A stretch of 64,000 nucleotides of DNA, taken from positions 23,809 to 87,808 of IMG/VR virus record IMGVR_UViG_3300034356_001231, one strand, 5' to 3'. The position numbers were made by a program, and so were the translations under genes. Positions 18,132 to 25,281 of this stretch are shown here, one piece after another. This stretch comes from a virus. Numbering within the stretch: position 1 is the stretch's first letter; each line of letters begins with the position of its first letter. The notes beneath the pieces are model-generated. The model had not been told where the DNA came from and did no database searches. It saw only the letters and a program-made list of their open reading frames with translations.

Positions 18132-18416
18132 TTAGTACCCGTAGTAATAATAACGACGAGGATTGTAGTAATAAGCAGGAGGAGCATATGGTGCATAGTA
18201 TCCACCACCATAAGCTGGATAACCATATCCATACCCATAACCCTGCGAAGCAATAGCTCCACCAATTACACCACCAAGAATAGCAGCACCAGCCATTGCT
18301 CCATAGGCTGCACCATAACCATAACCATATCCATATCCGCCCCAATACTGAGCGTTAGCAGGTTGGGCAGTAGTGATACCAAAAACCAGTAGTAATGCAA
18401 CAGCAAACTTTTTCAT
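18132..18416 (-). CDS. Secreted Gly/Tyr-rich glycine-zipper protein
   Basis: GGAG RBS, MKKFAVALL signal peptide, GAAILGGVIGGAIA; late promoter TATAAATA at 18463-18470. Confidence 0.75.
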   Translation of the reverse strand: MKKFAVALLLVFGITTAQPANAQYWGGYGYGYGYGAAYGAMAGAAILGGVIGGAIASQGYGYGYGYPAYGGGYYAPYAPPAYYYNPRRYYYYGY

Positions 18417-18484
18417 TTCTCTTCTCCATAGGAAGTGGACTAACCATGGGCCCACACGAGTCTATTTATAGCGACCAACCTAAA

Positions 18485-18559
18485 TGGCTCCCTGAGAAGG
18501 ATTCGAACCTCCGACCAAGTGATTAACAGTCACCTGCGCTACCGCTGCGCCACCAGGGA
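18485..18559 (-). tRNA. tRNA-Asn(GUU)
   Basis: Loop CTGTTAA, CCA. Confidence 0.92.
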
Positions 18560-18736
18560 AAAGAACCAATAACCGCCACCAAACAACATAACCAAAAAGA
18601 TAATGTTCCAACAGATATCGTTGATCATATCTTTCTTTACTTGACACATCACTCGATCGCAACCGATTGGATACGTTCGAGTTACTCGAGAACACTCTCT
18701 ACAGACATAATAGTTAGGGAAGTTCATATCATTCAT
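18539..18736 (-). CDS. Small Cys-containing membrane protein whose 3' end overlaps tRNA-Asn
   Basis: Follows an early promoter; CxxC and a TM segment. Confidence 0.5.
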   Translation of the reverse strand: MNDMNFPNYYVCRECSRVTRTYPIGCDRVMCQVKKDMINDICWNIIFLVMLFGGGYWFFSLVAQR

Positions 18737-18742
18737 ATTTAT

Positions 18743-18770
18743 ATTATACCCTAGAACTGCAAAAAGTCAA
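18743..18770 (-). promoter_or_regulatory. Sigma70-type early promoter
   Basis: TTGACT-16 nt-TATAAT on the - strand. Confidence 0.65.
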
Positions 18771-18771
18771 G

Positions 18772-18847
18772 TGGTGCTGTCGGAGAGAATCGAACTCCCG
18801 ACATGCGCATTACTAATGCGCTGCTCTACCAACTGAGCTACGACAGC
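18772..18847 (-). tRNA. tRNA-Thr(AGU), A34 anticodon
   Basis: GCGCA-TTAGTAA-TGCGC anticodon arm; perfect GCTGTCG/CGACAGC acceptor; CCA. Confidence 0.88.
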
Positions 18848-18853
18848 ATTTAA

Positions 18854-18927
18854 TGGCACTGGCACCAGGTATCGATCCTAGTCTACAAGATCCACAATCT
18901 CGTGTGCTACCTTTACACTATGCCAGC
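18854..18927 (-). tRNA. tRNA-His(GUG), no G-1:C73
   Basis: Loop TTGTGGA, CCA. Confidence 0.85.
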
Positions 18928-18932
18928 AAAAC

Positions 18933-19007
18933 TGGATCGGGGACTAGGACTCGAACCTAGAAAGTCGGAACCAAAATCCGACGTTATGCCAATTTAACTA
19001 TCCCCGA
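18933..19007 (-). tRNA. tRNA-Gln(UUG)
   Basis: TCGGA-TTTTGGT-TCCGA, CCA. Confidence 0.9.
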
Positions 19008-19008
19008 A

Positions 19009-19085
19009 TGGTGTCTCGAGTAGGAGTCAAACCTACAGCCTTCGGTTTCGTAGACCGATGCTCTATTCAGTTGAGCTATCGAGAC
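19009..19085 (-). tRNA. tRNA-Arg(ACG)
   Basis: TCGGT-CTACGAA-ACCGA, CCA. Confidence 0.9.
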
Positions 19086-19086
19086 A

Positions 19087-19164
19087 TGGTGCCCTCGGTC
19101 GGATTCGAACCGACACTAGCGATGATTTTGAGTCAACGGCCTCTGCCAATTGGGCTACGAGGGC
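19087..19164 (-). tRNA. tRNA-Leu(CAA), short variable arm
   Basis: Loop CTCAAAA, CCA. Confidence 0.85.
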
Positions 19165-19169
19165 ATAAA

Positions 19170-19272
19170 TGATTGCGACAGGAATCGAACCTGTATCTCT
19201 GCCTTTTCTGTCCATATTGAATGTCTCCAATAGGCTCTTACATAGAGTGCTTTCCCATTAAACTACACAATC
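19170..19272 (-). ncRNA. tRNA-like RNA with an expanded anticodon region
   Basis: GATTGTG/CGCAATC acceptor, D-arm TAGTTTAATGGGAAAGC, T-arm ACAGG-TTCGATT-CCTGT; about 40-nt insert; no CCA. Confidence 0.6.
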
Positions 19273-19275
19273 AAA

Positions 19276-19351
19276 TGGTGCTTCCCCTTTGAATCAAACA
19301 AAGTCCTTCTGTTCTTCAGACAGACGTGCGCATCAGCTACACCAGAGAAGC
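19276..19351 (-). tRNA. tRNA-Phe(GAA)
   Basis: TCTGT-CTGAAGA-ACAGA, CCA. Confidence 0.85.
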
Positions 19352-19361
19352 ATATTTATAT

Positions 19362-19438
19362 TGGTGCGCCTGGTAAGACTCGAACTTACAACATCTGGTT
19401 TCTAAGACCAGCGCCTCTACCAATTGGGCTACGAGGGC
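19362..19438 (-). tRNA. tRNA-Leu(UAG) with a mismatched acceptor stem
   Basis: CTGGT-CTTAGAA-ACCAG, CCA; acceptor GCCCTCG/CAGGCGC. Confidence 0.75.
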
Positions 19439-19509
19439 ATTATAATAAGTTGTCTGGTGCGCTATTCTATTCTAATAAGACATAGTGGAAGCGTGACAAC
19501 TCTGTTTTC

Positions 19510-19585
19510 TGGTGCGAGATGACAGGATCGAACTGCCGACATTCTGCGTGTAAAACAGACGCTCTCCCAACTGAGCTAATCTCGC
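19510..19585 (-). tRNA. tRNA-Val(UAC)
   Basis: Loop TTTACAC, CCA. Confidence 0.92.
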
Positions 19586-19590
19586 ATTAA

Positions 19591-19666
19591 TGGTCTAGGT
19601 GGCTGGACTTGAACCAACAGCCTTCCCGCCCCAAACGGGATGCTCTGCCAATTGAGCTACACCTAG
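19591..19666 (-). tRNA. tRNA-Pro(UGG)
   Basis: TCCCG-TTTGGGG-CGGGA, CCA. Confidence 0.92.
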
Positions 19667-19673
19667 ATAAAAC

Positions 19674-19748
19674 TGGATGCGGACCCATGAGTCGAACATG
19701 GCTCTCTTGCTTATGAGACAAGAATGGTCTCCGGACCACCTGACCGCA
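19674..19748 (-). tRNA. tRNA-Met(CAU), atypical
   Basis: CTTGT-CTCATAA-GCAAG, CCA; T-T mismatch in the acceptor stem. Confidence 0.75.
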
Positions 19749-19830
19749 AAACTTGCTGTCCCTCACGCCTTGGGACGAATGTTGTCTAGCATTACGACAC
19801 TCCATAAAGGCTGTGTATCTAGATCAAACA

Positions 19831-19905
19831 TGGTGCTGATAGTTGGAATTAAACCAACCTATAACGTCTTATGAGAACGCCTCGACCTCTTGCCGACCTA
19901 CCAGC
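19831..19905 (-). tRNA. tRNA with CAU anticodon (Met or Ile2), atypical
   Basis: GCGTT-CTCATAA-GACGT, T-loop TTTAATT, CCA. Confidence 0.75.
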
Positions 19906-19909
19906 GAAT

Positions 19910-19999
19910 TGGCGGAGTGGTGGCGGAATCGAACCCCTGGCCTTTCGGCTCTACTGGTTTTCAAGACCAGACTAGTATCCCCGACTAGATACGCACTCC
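19910..19999 (-). tRNA. tRNA-Ser(UGA), non-canonical fold
   Basis: CTGGT-CTTGAAA-ACCAG, long variable arm GCCGAAAGGC, G73, CCA. Confidence 0.8.
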
Positions 20000-20053
20000 A
20001 ATTATTCTACCTTTATAAGAGCCTCCCCGCTACCCAGCGTCACGACCATATGA

Positions 20054-20129
20054 TGGAGGATCCGGTCGGACTCGAACCGACAGCCTTGGGATTAAAAGTC
20101 CCTTGCACCACCTATTGTGCTACGGATCC
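20054..20129 (-). tRNA. tRNA-Lys(UUU)
   Basis: Loop CTTTTAA, CCA. Confidence 0.9.
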
Positions 20130-20134
20130 ATAAA

Positions 20135-20210
20135 TGGTAGACCGAGAGGGATTCGAACCCACGACAAAGGGATTAAGAGTCCCCTGCTCTACCAACTGAG
20201 CTATCGGTCC
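20135..20210 (-). tRNA. tRNA-Lys(CUU)
   Basis: Loop CTCTTAA, CCA. Confidence 0.92.
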
Positions 20211-20216
20211 ATAAAC

Positions 20217-20291
20217 TGGTGACCCCAACGAGATTCGAACTCGTATTGACGGCTTGAAAGGCCGCTGTCCTAACCATTAGACGATGGGGCC
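20217..20291 (-). tRNA. tRNA-Glu(UUC)
   Basis: Loop CTTTCAA, CCA. Confidence 0.92.
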
Positions 20292-20292
20292 G

Positions 20293-20366
20293 TGGTGCTT
20301 CCTGATGGTATCGATCCAACGTCTATCGCTTATCAAGCGATTGCTCTACCTTTGAGCTAAGGAAGC
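20293..20366 (-). tRNA. tRNA-Ile(GAU)
   Basis: ATCGC-TTGATAA-GCGAT, CCA. Confidence 0.9.
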
Positions 20367-20367
20367 A

Positions 20368-20444
20368 TGGAGTGGATGATGGGACTCGAACCCACATATT
20401 AAGGTTTTGCAGACCTCTACCTAACCAATTCGGTGCACATCCAC
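20368..20444 (-). tRNA. tRNA-Cys(GCA)
   Basis: Loop CTGCAAA, U73, CCA. Confidence 0.9.
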
Positions 20445-20446
20445 AT

Positions 20447-20472
20447 AAAAAAGGCGGCCACTAGGACCGCCC
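20447..20472 (-). terminator. Rho-independent terminator
   Basis: GGCGGTC-CTAGT-GGCCGCC followed by T6 on the - strand. Confidence 0.7.
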
Positions 20473-20478
20473 TCTCGA

Positions 20479-20742
20479 TTAGAGACCAGCGGCCAGCGCT
20501 CGATATCCAGCAGCAATCAACTTGCGGCTTGGTTTACCAGCACGATACTTAGCGACAGTTTCGCCCTTTGAGTTCTTGCGCTCATTTAGATAAATCGCAT
20601 AACCCATCTGACGAATCTGATAAACAGCGTCATGCGGATTAGCAACACCATAACGAGTCTTAATCTGCTGAGCAGTTAGTTCCTCGCCACGACCTACAAG
20701 AGCCTCAAAAACCTTCTCAACCTTTGTAACATTAGCAACCAT
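20479..20742 (-). CDS. Winged-HTH-like small protein
   Basis: GEELTAQQI..RYGVANP..VY.IR..GY; GGAG RBS. Confidence 0.75.
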   Translation of the reverse strand: MVANVTKVEKVFEALVGRGEELTAQQIKTRYGVANPHDAVYQIRQMGYAIYLNERKNSKGETVAKYRAGKPSRKLIAAGYRALAAGL

Positions 20743-20759
20743 TATATACTTTCTCCATA

Positions 20760-20933
20760 TTAAAATATGTCAACAACTCGGCCATTCGAATCAACTGCAC
20801 GAATCCGAGCATTCGGAAACTGCCACTGCAGCTGACGCATCCCATCTCGATACAAGAGAGGAACATTTTGAGTATACGAATACGTACGCCAGTTACCCGT
20901 CTGATCTTGAAGCTGGATTTCGATCATGTCCAT
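20760..20933 (-). CDS. 57-aa hypothetical protein (not in the ORF track)
   Basis: AGGAG RBS; MDMIEIQLQDQTGNWRTY...VVDIF*. Confidence 0.7.
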   Translation of the reverse strand: MDMIEIQLQDQTGNWRTYSYTQNVPLLYRDGMRQLQWQFPNARIRAVDSNGRVVDIF

Positions 20934-20950
20934 ATCCGTATCTCCTGTCT

Positions 20951-21151
20951 TTAGCTTAACTTAATCTTACTATAGTCTTCGATAAAAGTCAAGACATTTT
21001 TTAGATCAGAGAAGATAAACTTCTTATTCTGCCAATCGTCGTTATGATCGTTGCCAGAGACCTCGACCATCCAACCGTTTTCATAACGGTTGACGGTAAT
21101 CGTTTCAGAAACATTCATGAATACTTCTGCAAGTTCAATATCCGTAGCCAT
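20951..21151 (-). CDS. Hypothetical protein
   Basis: GAGG RBS; contains an early-promoter-like TTGACT site near 20991. Confidence 0.7.
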   Translation of the reverse strand: MATDIELAEVFMNVSETITVNRYENGWMVEVSGNDHNDDWQNKKFIFSDLKNVLTFIEDYSKIKLS

Positions 21152-21159
21152 CTATTTAG

Positions 21160-21588
21160 TCATCCTCTTCGAGATTTTGTTCCAACCGTAGTTAAATCTA
21201 CATTCGGACCAGCATATTGTAGACCGCCCTTATTATAAAGGGGCATCACCAGACTCGCTTTTTTCAGGATCTCCTGTTGAACGTGCTCTGGTTCTTTATG
21301 AAGGTTTGTCATAATATCTCGCTTCGAACAATCACCAGCGACTAGCTTCTTATTGTCGTATTCGCGAGTAGAACGATCAACCACCATAGACTCATTATAC
21401 TCTTTTCTGAAGGATAAGTCAAGCGATTTTTTGTCTTTTTTGGAACGAATTTGATCTGGGTGAAGACCCTTTGATAACAACCATCTATCATGGTCGGATA
21501 CGAGCTTGGACTTAGCTGTATTCTTACGGCTCTGCTTACGTTTACTAACAGTCGTCGTATAGTAAGCGGGAAGGATATGCATAGACAT
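21160..21588 (-). CDS. Hypothetical T4-like protein (PLYNKGGLQY motif)
   Basis: AGGAG RBS; early promoter upstream. Confidence 0.75.
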   Translation of the reverse strand: MSMHILPAYYTTTVSKRKQSRKNTAKSKLVSDHDRWLLSKGLHPDQIRSKKDKKSLDLSFRKEYNESMVVDRSTREYDNKKLVAGDCSKRDIMTNLHKEPEHVQQEILKKASLVMPLYNKGGLQYAGPNVDLTTVGTKSRRG

Positions 21589-21612
21589 TAGGTTTTCTCC
21601 TACTGTCCTATT

Positions 21613-21641
21613 AATATACCCTAGATCCAGAAAAAAGTCAA
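21613..21641 (-). promoter_or_regulatory. Early promoter
   Basis: TTGACTTTTTTCTGGATCTAGGGTATATT; shares CTAGGGTATA with the promoter at 18743-18770. Confidence 0.6.
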
Positions 21642-21841
21642 GCGATAACTTCTAGTATTTTTTGAAGTTTTTCTACTGAAGGTTTATATTCGTTCTCAAG
21701 TATTTGCCTAGCGTAGCTATGATTTTCATATTCCATTTCTTTTAAATACTTATACCTAGAATCGATGACTGCTTCTAATACTATTGGTAATAGTTCCGAA
21801 GTGGGTATGAATACTTGTCCGTCACTGTATATCTTCGACAT
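21638..21841 (-). CDS. Hypothetical protein
   Basis: ORF packed within the operon. Confidence 0.65.
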   Translation of the reverse strand: MSKIYSDGQVFIPTSELLPIVLEAVIDSRYKYLKEMEYENHSYARQILENEYKPSVEKLQKILEVIA

Positions 21842-22172
21842 CCGTGTTATCCTTGCTGCTCTCTACCATAATATACCTGGCTTCAGGATGTAATTCCATA
21901 TAAGCGTCAAGTAATTTCCTTACGCTATATAGTCTTTTTGAAATGTCTCTTATTGTATTATGGACTGCTTGATCGTTGACGCCTTCTTCAAGATCGGTTA
22001 GAGCAGCATCTAGATTCATATCTACTGAATAATCAACTTGCCATTTGAAAAAACTACCATCCTTATCCATTTCCTCGTTCAATTTACTGGGTGGAAATAG
22101 TATTTCTTTGATCTGTTCTAATCGTTCTTCGGCTGGTGTATTAATTTTCTTTTCAATTTTAAATGGCCACAT
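21822..22172 (-). CDS. Hypothetical protein
   Basis: GAAGGA RBS. Confidence 0.7.
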   Translation of the reverse strand: MWPFKIEKKINTPAEERLEQIKEILFPPSKLNEEMDKDGSFFKWQVDYSVDMNLDAALTDLEEGVNDQAVHNTIRDISKRLYSVRKLLDAYMELHPEARYIMVESSKDNTDVEDIQ

Positions 22173-22188
22173 AATATAATTCCTTCAA

Positions 22189-22590
22189 TTACTTTTTCTT
22201 ACGACCCATATTATACTTAGTCTCTAAAGTCCATTCATTTTTTTCTTTATGATTAATAATTTTTATTTGACTCATAGATGCCAATGGTTCATTAATTCTA
22301 TCGGGTTCTACTACTTTCAACAAACCCCATTCTTGGAGTAAGTGAATTATTTTGTTTCGACGACCTTTATCCTCTTCTGAGAAATTAGAAGGTTTGCCAT
22401 CAATGATAAACATTTCTTTGAAATGAACAATATAATATTTTCCTTGCTTATGGAAAATATGACAAGATTGATAAATTTTCTTTTCTCTGCGCGAAGCAAC
22501 ACCTATGCGTGTTAACGTTTCTTTGATCTTAAGAAAATCTTCTTCCTCGGCAATCTTCACCTCAATTAAAGAATCTAAAAATTCATTCAT
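22189..22590 (-). CDS. regA: Translational repressor RegA
   Basis: DFLKIKETLTRIGVAS, QSCHI.HKQGKYYIVHFKE. Confidence 0.95.
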   Translation of the reverse strand: MNEFLDSLIEVKIAEEEDFLKIKETLTRIGVASRREKKIYQSCHIFHKQGKYYIVHFKEMFIIDGKPSNFSEEDKGRRNKIIHLLQEWGLLKVVEPDRINEPLASMSQIKIINHKEKNEWTLETKYNMGRKKK

Positions 22591-23081
22591 TTGACTCCAC
22601 CTTTATTATTTTTATTCCTTATAATTTCTAATTGTTCCGCCGTAAGAATCTTCAATGCTTCTTTAGTGCGCACAATATTATATTTATAATAATTAGAAAC
22701 TAAGGTTTGGAGTTCTTCTTTCTTCTTTCTGGATTTCTTTTCCTCTTCGGTTTCTTTGATGCCTTTCATCTTTTTCTTACGAATTGAATAATAAAGATAA
22801 TCGTAATGCATCTGATCTGTCACGTTATAATGACAATTCATTTCGTTGGCGTAGAGGATTGTTTCTCGATAATTCGATAAGACGTTATTAGTTCTCCATT
22901 GACTATAATCCATATCAATGTCAACTGGGGTTTTACCAGAGGTAATTGAATTTTCATACCGCCAATCATATCTTTCTTTCTTGGTTTCTATAGAATGTTT
23001 TGCCCAATTGCCAAAGAATCCAACAGCTTCTTTTTCAGGGGTTCTCTCCTCCAATAATACATTAAGAAACTTAGTAGCCAT
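22587..23081 (-). CDS. gp62: Clamp loader small subunit gp62
   Basis: N..LS.Y.ETILYANEMN, QMHYDYL..SIRK; synteny 45-44-62-regA. Confidence 0.85.
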   Translation of the reverse strand: MATKFLNVLLEERTPEKEAVGFFGNWAKHSIETKKERYDWRYENSITSGKTPVDIDMDYSQWRTNNVLSNYRETILYANEMNCHYNVTDQMHYDYLYYSIRKKKMKGIKETEEEKKSRKKKEELQTLVSNYYKYNIVRTKEALKILTAEQLEIIRNKNNKGGVK

Positions 23082-24034
23082 TACACAAACTCACAATCAA
23101 TCATTACCTGAACCAGGAATGCCATGAAATTAATTTCTGCATTGGCAGCAAATGCATTTTGATATTGGTATCTAGCAATAAGTAATACTAGAACAGGAGC
23201 CGAGTTCTTAGTACAAATGTCAGATGACAATTCATAGAACTGATTGTAAAGATAGTTAACATCAGTGTCTAAATTATTCTTAACCCATTTACGGATCTCT
23301 GTATAGTTTTGCTGCTTCAGTAGAGCAATAAGATCCTTGATTGAAGCCTCTGTCATATTCGCTAGAATACCAGAATCAATCTTACCCGTTGCTGAATAAC
23401 GCTGAAGCTCATTAAGAACACGGCGCCAATCTGGAAAATGTTTATTGATTACTTCAGCAACAACAGCCTTATCGTATTCAATCTTTTCGTTTTCCAGAAT
23501 AAAAGTAACACGTTTGAAGAACTGCGTAGCAAGTTTGGCCATGGCCTTTTTGCTAATTTTAAAATCAATTACTGAACATCTTGAATGTAACGGCTCAATG
23601 ATGCGGTTTTTGAAATTACAGGTGAGAATGAAGCCGCAATTCCTCGAGAATTCCTCCATAAAATTTCGAAGTGCGGGTTGAGTAGAATTGGCATTAAGAT
23701 AGTCCGCTTCATCAAGGATGACATATTTCCTTCCACCCGAAAGTGACACTGATGAGGCAAAGTTGAGAATTTCATTTCTAAGCGTGTCGATATTTCCATT
23801 CATAGATCCATTAATGACGATATAATCACAACCAAGTTGTTCAAGCATAGCACGTGCTACGGTCGTCTTTCCGACACCTGCTGTTCCTGCTAGAATTAGA
23901 TTAGGGATATTCTTTTGTTCAACAAACTGTTGAAATGTTTGTTTAAGATCGCAAGGAAGAATAGTTTCTTCAATAGTTTTTGGGCGATACTTTTCAGTCC
24001 AGATAAAGTGTTCATCCATGTCAAAACTCTCCAT
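23081..24034 (-). CDS. gp44: Clamp loader large subunit gp44
   Basis: WTEKYRP, GVGKTT, ILDEADY, LHSRC. Confidence 0.95.
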   Translation of the reverse strand: MESFDMDEHFIWTEKYRPKTIEETILPCDLKQTFQQFVEQKNIPNLILAGTAGVGKTTVARAMLEQLGCDYIVINGSMNGNIDTLRNEILNFASSVSLSGGRKYVILDEADYLNANSTQPALRNFMEEFSRNCGFILTCNFKNRIIEPLHSRCSVIDFKISKKAMAKLATQFFKRVTFILENEKIEYDKAVVAEVINKHFPDWRRVLNELQRYSATGKIDSGILANMTEASIKDLIALLKQQNYTEIRKWVKNNLDTDVNYLYNQFYELSSDICTKNSAPVLVLLIARYQYQNAFAANAEINFMAFLVQVMIDCEFV

Positions 24035-24036
24035 TA

Positions 24037-24104
24037 TATAAATAAGCGTAGGTCACGGGACGCCAATCCCTACCTACTCTAACGCTAAACAGGAGCGCCA
24101 GCAT
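24037..24104 (+). promoter_or_regulatory. Late promoter plus structured leader of a homing endonuclease gene
   Basis: TATAAATA at 24037-24044; GTAGGT/ACCTAC and GGGA/TCCC stems; AGGAG RBS. Confidence 0.55.
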
Positions 24105-24623
24105 ATGATTATATATAAAATCACCAACCTTATCAATGGTAAATTTTACGTAGGTAAGTCCACAAAAACTACCGAAGAAAGATTTAAGCGTCATTATTAC
24201 AATCACAAATCTGGTAACACCTATCTCTATAAGTCGATGAGAAAACATGGCTTCGATAATTTTGTTATTGAAACAATAGAAGAAACCACATATATCGACG
24301 AAAGAGAAAAGTTCTGGATTTCAGAACTGGCGCCACATTACAATATGACAAAAGGAGGAGATGGCGGTGATACTTCTAGCTCTCCAAATTTTATCGAAGG
24401 CATAAAGAAAAGACCGCCACCACCTCCCACTTATGGTATGCTCGGAAAGAAACAATCTGATAAGTTTTTTGAAGCTATCAGAAAATCCAATAGTCGCCCA
24501 GTTATGTGCGAAGGAAAAAGATATGCTTCTATCAACGAAGCTCAAGAAGCATATCCTGGTATTTCTATTCGCAAAAGATTAGACAATCCAAAGTATTCCG
24601 AGTTTTATAGATTAGAAAGTTGA
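24105..24623 (+). CDS. Free-standing GIY-YIG homing endonuclease, antisense to its neighbours
   Basis: IIYKITNLINGKFYVGKS, RF..H, EKFWI, YNMTKGGDG. Confidence 0.88.
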   Translation: MIIYKITNLINGKFYVGKSTKTTEERFKRHYYNHKSGNTYLYKSMRKHGFDNFVIETIEETTYIDEREKFWISELAPHYNMTKGGDGGDTSSSPNFIEGIKKRPPPPPTYGMLGKKQSDKFFEAIRKSNSRPVMCEGKRYASINEAQEAYPGISIRKRLDNPKYSEFYRLES

Positions 24624-25265
24624 GCTTGATTCAACTGCAATATAATATTCTACATCATCACGCACAAAATGCGAAATGCCCTTTGATGAGATATTAACAT
24701 CATAATCGCCAGGAATAATCTTAATATTCTCAGCCTTAAAAATTGCCTTGAACGCCTTATCAGTCTCGCCAATCTGGATAGAATAAACGTCGCCAGAAGG
24801 ATTCTTAGAATCAGCAGCCTGAAGATATAGATTCTTACCGTCGCCCATGACAACAATCTCCGGTAGAGCAAGAATGCCAGAAGCCTTCTCAACATCCCGT
24901 AGATTATCATTAGTTAAACGGAAAGTAACGTCAACCGAAGGGAGATTGATTTCTCTGTCCGGAGCCTTTGTTACCGTGGTTTCGTCAGCATAAACATAAT
25001 GAGTCTTACGATTGTTGTCAGAAATATCAACAGACTTATCTCCAAACTTAAAATCTGGATCAGTAAAAGTGCTAACGATCGAGATGAAACGATCGAGATT
25101 ATAGATTGCAAATCGCTTATCAAAATCTGTCTTTACCTTTGCCTTTGCCATGATTGTCTTGGTTGGCGAAATAGTCTTAAGAACATTACCTTCCTGGATA
25201 ACAATGGAAGGATTAATCTTAGCAAAATTCTTAAGAACATTAACTGTATCTGTATCAATCTTCAT
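24612..25265 (-). CDS. gp45: Sliding clamp gp45
   Basis: LKNFAKINPSI, FAIYNL, IPGDYDV, YYIAVE. Confidence 0.95.
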   Translation of the reverse strand: MKIDTDTVNVLKNFAKINPSIVIQEGNVLKTISPTKTIMAKAKVKTDFDKRFAIYNLDRFISIVSTFTDPDFKFGDKSVDISDNNRKTHYVYADETTVTKAPDREINLPSVDVTFRLTNDNLRDVEKASGILALPEIVVMGDGKNLYLQAADSKNPSGDVYSIQIGETDKAFKAIFKAENIKIIPGDYDVNISSKGISHFVRDDVEYYIAVESSSTF

Positions 25266-25281
25266 AATGTATTTTCTCCTA

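Noticed and set aside
19441-19830. tRNA-associated HDV-like ribozymes in the spacers
   Set aside because: Hairpins are present (AGTTGTC/GACAACT, GTCCC/GGGAC), but I could not build the nested double pseudoknot.
20001-20052. Possible tRNA 5'-half remnant (GGTCGTGACGCTGGGTAGCGGGGAGGCTCTTATAA on the - strand)
   Set aside because: No T-arm or acceptor 3' strand; too little to call.
17394-20133. ORFs 17394-17594, 17557-17859, 18480-18695, 19587-19805, 19677-19874 and 19843-20133
   Set aside because: They overlap tRNA genes and are shadow frames.
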